Positions 59,742 to 64,000 of a stretch of 64,000 nt of DNA are shown here, piece by piece. The position numbers were made by a program, and so were the translations under genes. A model generated the notes under the pieces. It did not search any database, was not told where the DNA came from, and worked only from the letters and a program-made list of their open reading frames with translations. Every line of letters starts with the position of its first letter. Position 1 is the first letter of the stretch. The stretch comes from Takakia lepidozioides (lineage: Eukaryota; Plantae; Bryophyta). The DNA lies in NCBI GenBank assembly GCA_030704615.1, contig CM060733.1, positions 53,692,001 through 53,756,000 on the forward strand, in the 5' to 3' direction.

Positions 59742-62700
59742 ATGAAGATGCCGAGTCTGTCTCAGAAGGCTTTGCAATCATCTCCGGTGTCACAGTTCCT
59801 TGCATCAGGGCAGGGCGGGGATGCCCGATCGTCTGGAGTTTGGAGAAGTTCCAATACCGATGATGTCAGCCTCTGTCAGCTGCACAAGGTACTCCCGTTG
59901 TCTTTAGCAAACACCTCTGTTTTTCCTGAAGTATCCATTTCTGAAGGTTGCACAAGACTCAAGCTCGCCAAGGTCTTTTTCCTCTGTTCTTGCCCGTCCC
60001 TTTCCTTTTTCTTTCTGTTACAAGACTGCCACCTCTTGTGCTTGGTCGGTAGATCTTGGGAATTGTGCACGGAAGGGGGAAGAAGGATTGTCTGATGTTT
60101 TGCAGGATTGCATTACCAAAGAATCTTATTTTACTGTAGTCTCAGGACTTGTGTGAACCTTTTGTATTATGGCAGGAGGCAGCTCCTAGCATGTTGTCTC
60201 TAATGCTCCCCCTCTGTCCTCTGCACCCAAGCCATCACCACCTGTTTGGTATCACCAGTGGATGGCAATGACAACTTTGACACATCTTGAAAAGATTTAC
60301 ATTGGGAGTCAGAGATTGTCATAACCTAACCTTCTCTCTATTTACTCAATGCAAGATCAATGCCTTCCAGACTTACTAGGTGGACAAGATTGTGCGCCTC
60401 TTTCTAGCATAGCATTGGACGGATTGCTGTACTTACCTTGCATTCAAATTGTCCTGTGGTTGTTTCTGTCCTGATTTTTTCAGTGCAACATGCTAGAGCA
60501 GATGCCACTGATGATTGTGTTTTCTTGAATATTATCCCCACTCTGCAATTGTCAATTTGCAATAGCTCTTGTGCACTTGTGCACTTGTGCTTGGGGCTCG
60601 GGGAAGCATGAAAATGAGGGTGGGGGAGAGGGTACTCCAGTTAGGACCCTCATTCGAATTTGAATTCTTTGTTGCCCATGAGTAAAACATTGGCATGAGT
60701 TGATAAGCAACTTGCTTGTGATTATTTGCACATGCAAAGCTACCAGAGTATATTAGATGAAATTTTTGCCAACCTAGACTTGTAGACTTCACCCTGCATC
60801 AAGGGGTTCATTACAAAAATGCTTGGGAGTGTTTATAAAGGGGTCTTAAGGAGGAATTCATGCAACTGAGTTCCTTTGGTTGATTGCTCTATCATGATAC
60901 TCCATGGAAGCATGAATCCTTGGACATGATGTTCAGCGTTGTGGTTTCATTCTTCAAAGCACTGCAAGAAAAGGAGCCAGGATTATTCGTGTGTTACTAT
61001 CTATTTGTTGTAAGATTATGTCATGACCAGCAAGAGATTCTTGTAGCTTCCCATATACAATTGTATGCCGGGAGTCTGCAAGAATGTGGCATTTGTTTGT
61101 GGTTTTTGCTTATGTGTTTTGATGGAAGAATTCAGTTTCAGGATCGAGTGCCACAGCCACGTCCAACTTGTCTTCCTTGTAGCAGAATGCAATCAGAGAC
61201 TTTTTATTTTGTGAAATTAACAGTTGAATGTACTGAGCAGTTTTGGAGTGACCTGTCAGCGGCAGCACGCCGGGAATTGCTGCGCATTGATAAACAGACG
61301 TTGTTTGAGCAAGTGCGGAAGAACCTTTACTGCTCTCGCTGCCATGGGCTACTGGTTGAAGGATTCACACAGATTGTCATGTATGGAAAGAGCCTGCAGG
61401 CAGGCATGGTGGGATACAGCAATGGTGCTGGAAACAGTAAACAGTTGTCTGATATGGGGACCAACAGTGCACTCCCAAGCTTGCAAGATGACACGAGAGA
61501 TCCATCTGTTCACCCGTGGGGTGGTCTAGCTGCGACCCGGGACAGTATGCTCACAGTTTTGGACTGCTTTCTGGACGGGACCCCACTCGAGGTGCTTCAA
61601 AATGTACCTCCAGATATACTATATAACTGCTTCTCTAATGACGCGTCCCTCTGCATCTTGGATGCCTTTGCGTGCCAGACTCAAAAAGGTGGTGGTACGA
61701 CAAGGGGTGACCCCCTCACTTTGTAAATGAAAGTACATTAATGAAATTACAGTGTCTATTATAATTTGCCCAAGTAGAAAATTAATGTGTTTGACTCTTG
61801 CGGGTTGCACAGGAGTTCAGCCATACAACAGTCCAAATTCTACAAGCATCCTAAAACAAATGTTTTGGTTTAAAGATGTGCATGCCTTTCCATTTTCTTG
61901 TGTAAATAGCCTCAAGACTTCATGGTGGTCTTCTTAGTTTGAATTGAATGCCTGTAAACTGCTTCATGCATTTTTGTCCAGCTCTTGAGGAGTTTGAAGT
62001 GTTAAGCTATTTGCCTGAAATTTTCATATGGAAGGGGTTAATTGTCACCACTAATCTTGTAACTTCCTCTAAAGACACAGTTTTGGAAAGGTCCTGTTAT
62101 TTTTCGATTCATAGGTGGATGTGTAAGACAACATTGCGGACTTCATAAGTGTTGTCTTAGGGTTTTTCTGGACTGAATTGATGAGGGTTGAATGGAGTCA
62201 ACATAGAGGCTGAGTGCTGGGGATATTTCTGCCATGTTGGTGGTTGAAGGGTTTTGTGTTAGGCATGGCATTGCAAATGTGGTCTCAAGATCACACTGGA
62301 AAGTCCAGTCTACTTGTGTCATGCAGCGGCAAATGTAGGATCACAAGAGTAGCTGTGTGCTTGGGCACTCATCACTTGTCGGTTCACGGGTACACTGGTA
62401 CCGAGAGTGAACCTGCTGGCACAAAAATAGCTTGCTAACATAAGTAGCTGGTCTGCAGGTGTTTGAAAGTGCCCGTGCCAGGGAGCGAGAGCGGGAATTG
62501 CTGTACCCAGATGCATGCGGAGGAGGGGGGAGAGGTTGGATTAGCCAAAATGGGGGTTTTGGGGGAAGTGGACGAGGGCATGGCATGAAAGAGACTTGTG
62601 CCCTCCACACAGCTAGGCTCTCCTGTGAAGCTCTGGTAGATTTCTGGTCTGCATTGGGAGATGAAACCAGGCGCTCATTATTGCGAATGAAAGAAGAGGA

Positions 62701-63487
62701 CTTCATTGAAAGGCTTATGTTCAGGTACAAAAGGAATTTAAGAAGATGATTCATAATTCTTGATAACAGCAATATCAGGGCATTGCTGCAAGGCTCCCAG
62801 TCCCTCAGGATTACTAAATGACCGCAGAAGCTTAAACCCTTCGATGGACTGTTGTGGATAATGAAAGCCATGCCACTACATCCTTGCCATGGAAACTTAA
62901 ACCCTTCCAGGGACACTCCTGATCAAGGCCAGTTTTTGCTCATTTGCAAAAGCAAAGTGGAAGATTGGTGCAACTCCTGTGCAGCTTTCACCACTGCAAT
63001 CATTTATTGTTGTCTTGCACTAAGGCTGGAAGCCCAAGGGTTCTAAAAAGGCTTGTTGATTTATTGGGCCTTCTGACTTCTTGTAGGTGGAGTCTACTTT
63101 ATGGTCTCTCTGTGGAATATCAATTTGTGGGCATAAATGTGTATCCAGATACCGCTGTCTACCAGTAGGCTCTAATGGAGGGCAAGTTGTAGCTGACATT
63201 AAGGTTTTGTATAGTTAGCATTTTTCAAGTTGATTATTTTTTTCTCTTCGAAAGAGGTCTAATCTCCTCTTTAAAGTTCTTACAGAGAAGACAATCTGAA
63301 AATGTGAGCTGTCAATTGTGGTGGGCTTGCGCTTTTTTTTTGCAGATTTGACAGTAAGCGGTTTTGCCGGGATTGTCGACGTAATGTGCTTCGTGAATTC
63401 AAGGAGATGAAGGAACTGAAGCGATCACGGAGGGAGCCCCGATGTACTCGTTGGTTCTGTGCTGCTGACACTGGGTTTCGATATGAG
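59742..63487 (+). CDS. NST1-like conserved plant protein (AT3G58050-type), 5' part; exons 59742-59888, 61241-61603, 62459-62724, 63346-63487; continues past the window
   Basis: QLHK|FWSDL...LLRIDKQTLFEQVRKNLYCSRCHGLL, DPSVHPWGGL, ERERELLYPDACGGGGRGW, FDSKRFCRDCRRNVLREFKE. Splice phases are consistent. Confidence 0.9.
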
Positions 63488-63604
63488 GTACTTGTTTGAG
63501 TCAACGTTAGTCCATAAGATGATGTCTGTTCGAGATGTGTCAATTGTCAACATAAGTGTCTGGCCTGATATGACTTTTGTGCTTCTCTCTCTCTCTCTCT
63601 CTGA

Positions 63605-63990
63605 CCCTCTGCCCAAACTGGGCGCGGGGCGAATGGCCACAAGGCTATGGCAAACGACGCCTTCTGAGTACATTCTGACCCAGCTAAAGCCGACTTGGAG
63701 GCTGTAATGTCTAAGGCCATGTTGGAGGCACGAAGAGTGTCGAAGTTAGGCATAAAACTTTCCAGTTTGTGACATGGGTGACGACTTTTGAGGACGATCA
63801 GCTACCCTGGCCACTAGACTGAAATTTAAACTCTGTGTGAAGGGCTTTCTAGAGGATATCTGAAAAACCCAAACTAGCTGTCTGTGTAATGGTAAGTCAC
63901 GCTATTGGACTGAGCCCCACACAAAGATAGTATCTGTTCCCTTTTGTTCCGCCCAAACTGCTATGGCCACAAGGCTACAGCAAACAAGGT
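63605..63990 (+). mobile_element. Intronic LINE fragments arranged 3'end - internal ORF2 piece - 3'end
   Basis: Terminal motif ATGGCCACAAGGCTA(T/C)(G/A)GCAAAC at ~63633 and ~63963. The internal part matches 16324-16490. Confidence 0.75.
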
Positions 63991-64000
63991 ACAGACTCAG

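Noticed and set aside
60884-61240. N-terminal extension of ORF 60884-61726 as coding sequence
   Set aside because: It is intronic open frame; homology starts at the AG acceptor at 61240.

Overview
Eukaryotic nuclear DNA from a non-seed land plant, probably a moss or other bryophyte (inferred from spliceosomal introns, a PLS-DYW PPR editing factor and plant-type genes). Bases 1-21 kb are mostly decayed transposons: the 3' part of a Ty3/Gypsy LTR retrotransposon whose pol frame carries a Dnmt3-like C5-cytosine methyltransferase before RT and a PHD finger after integrase, tandem and palindromic arrays, an orphan LTR with a tRNA-Gly PBS, a GCM/MULE/SWIM transposase pseudogene, and PPR, OSB and LINE fragments. 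Bases 21.9-46 kb are gene-dense: a TauE/SafE transporter, an intronless PPR-DYW gene head-to-head with DPH6, an IRX9L-like GT43 and a RING/kinase-like/WD40 gene. Bases 46-58 kb hold SINEs, a hAT MITE, a PPR pseudogene and a second Gypsy element with a dUTPase-like domain, a tRNA-Ala PBS and an odd LTR arrangement. The window ends inside an NST1-like (AT3G58050-type) gene. The best candidate for a novel system is the retrotransposon encoding its own DNA-methylation writer and a histone-tail reader in one polyprotein, although this copy is disrupted. All calls come from reading the sequence and recalling motifs; no searches were run.
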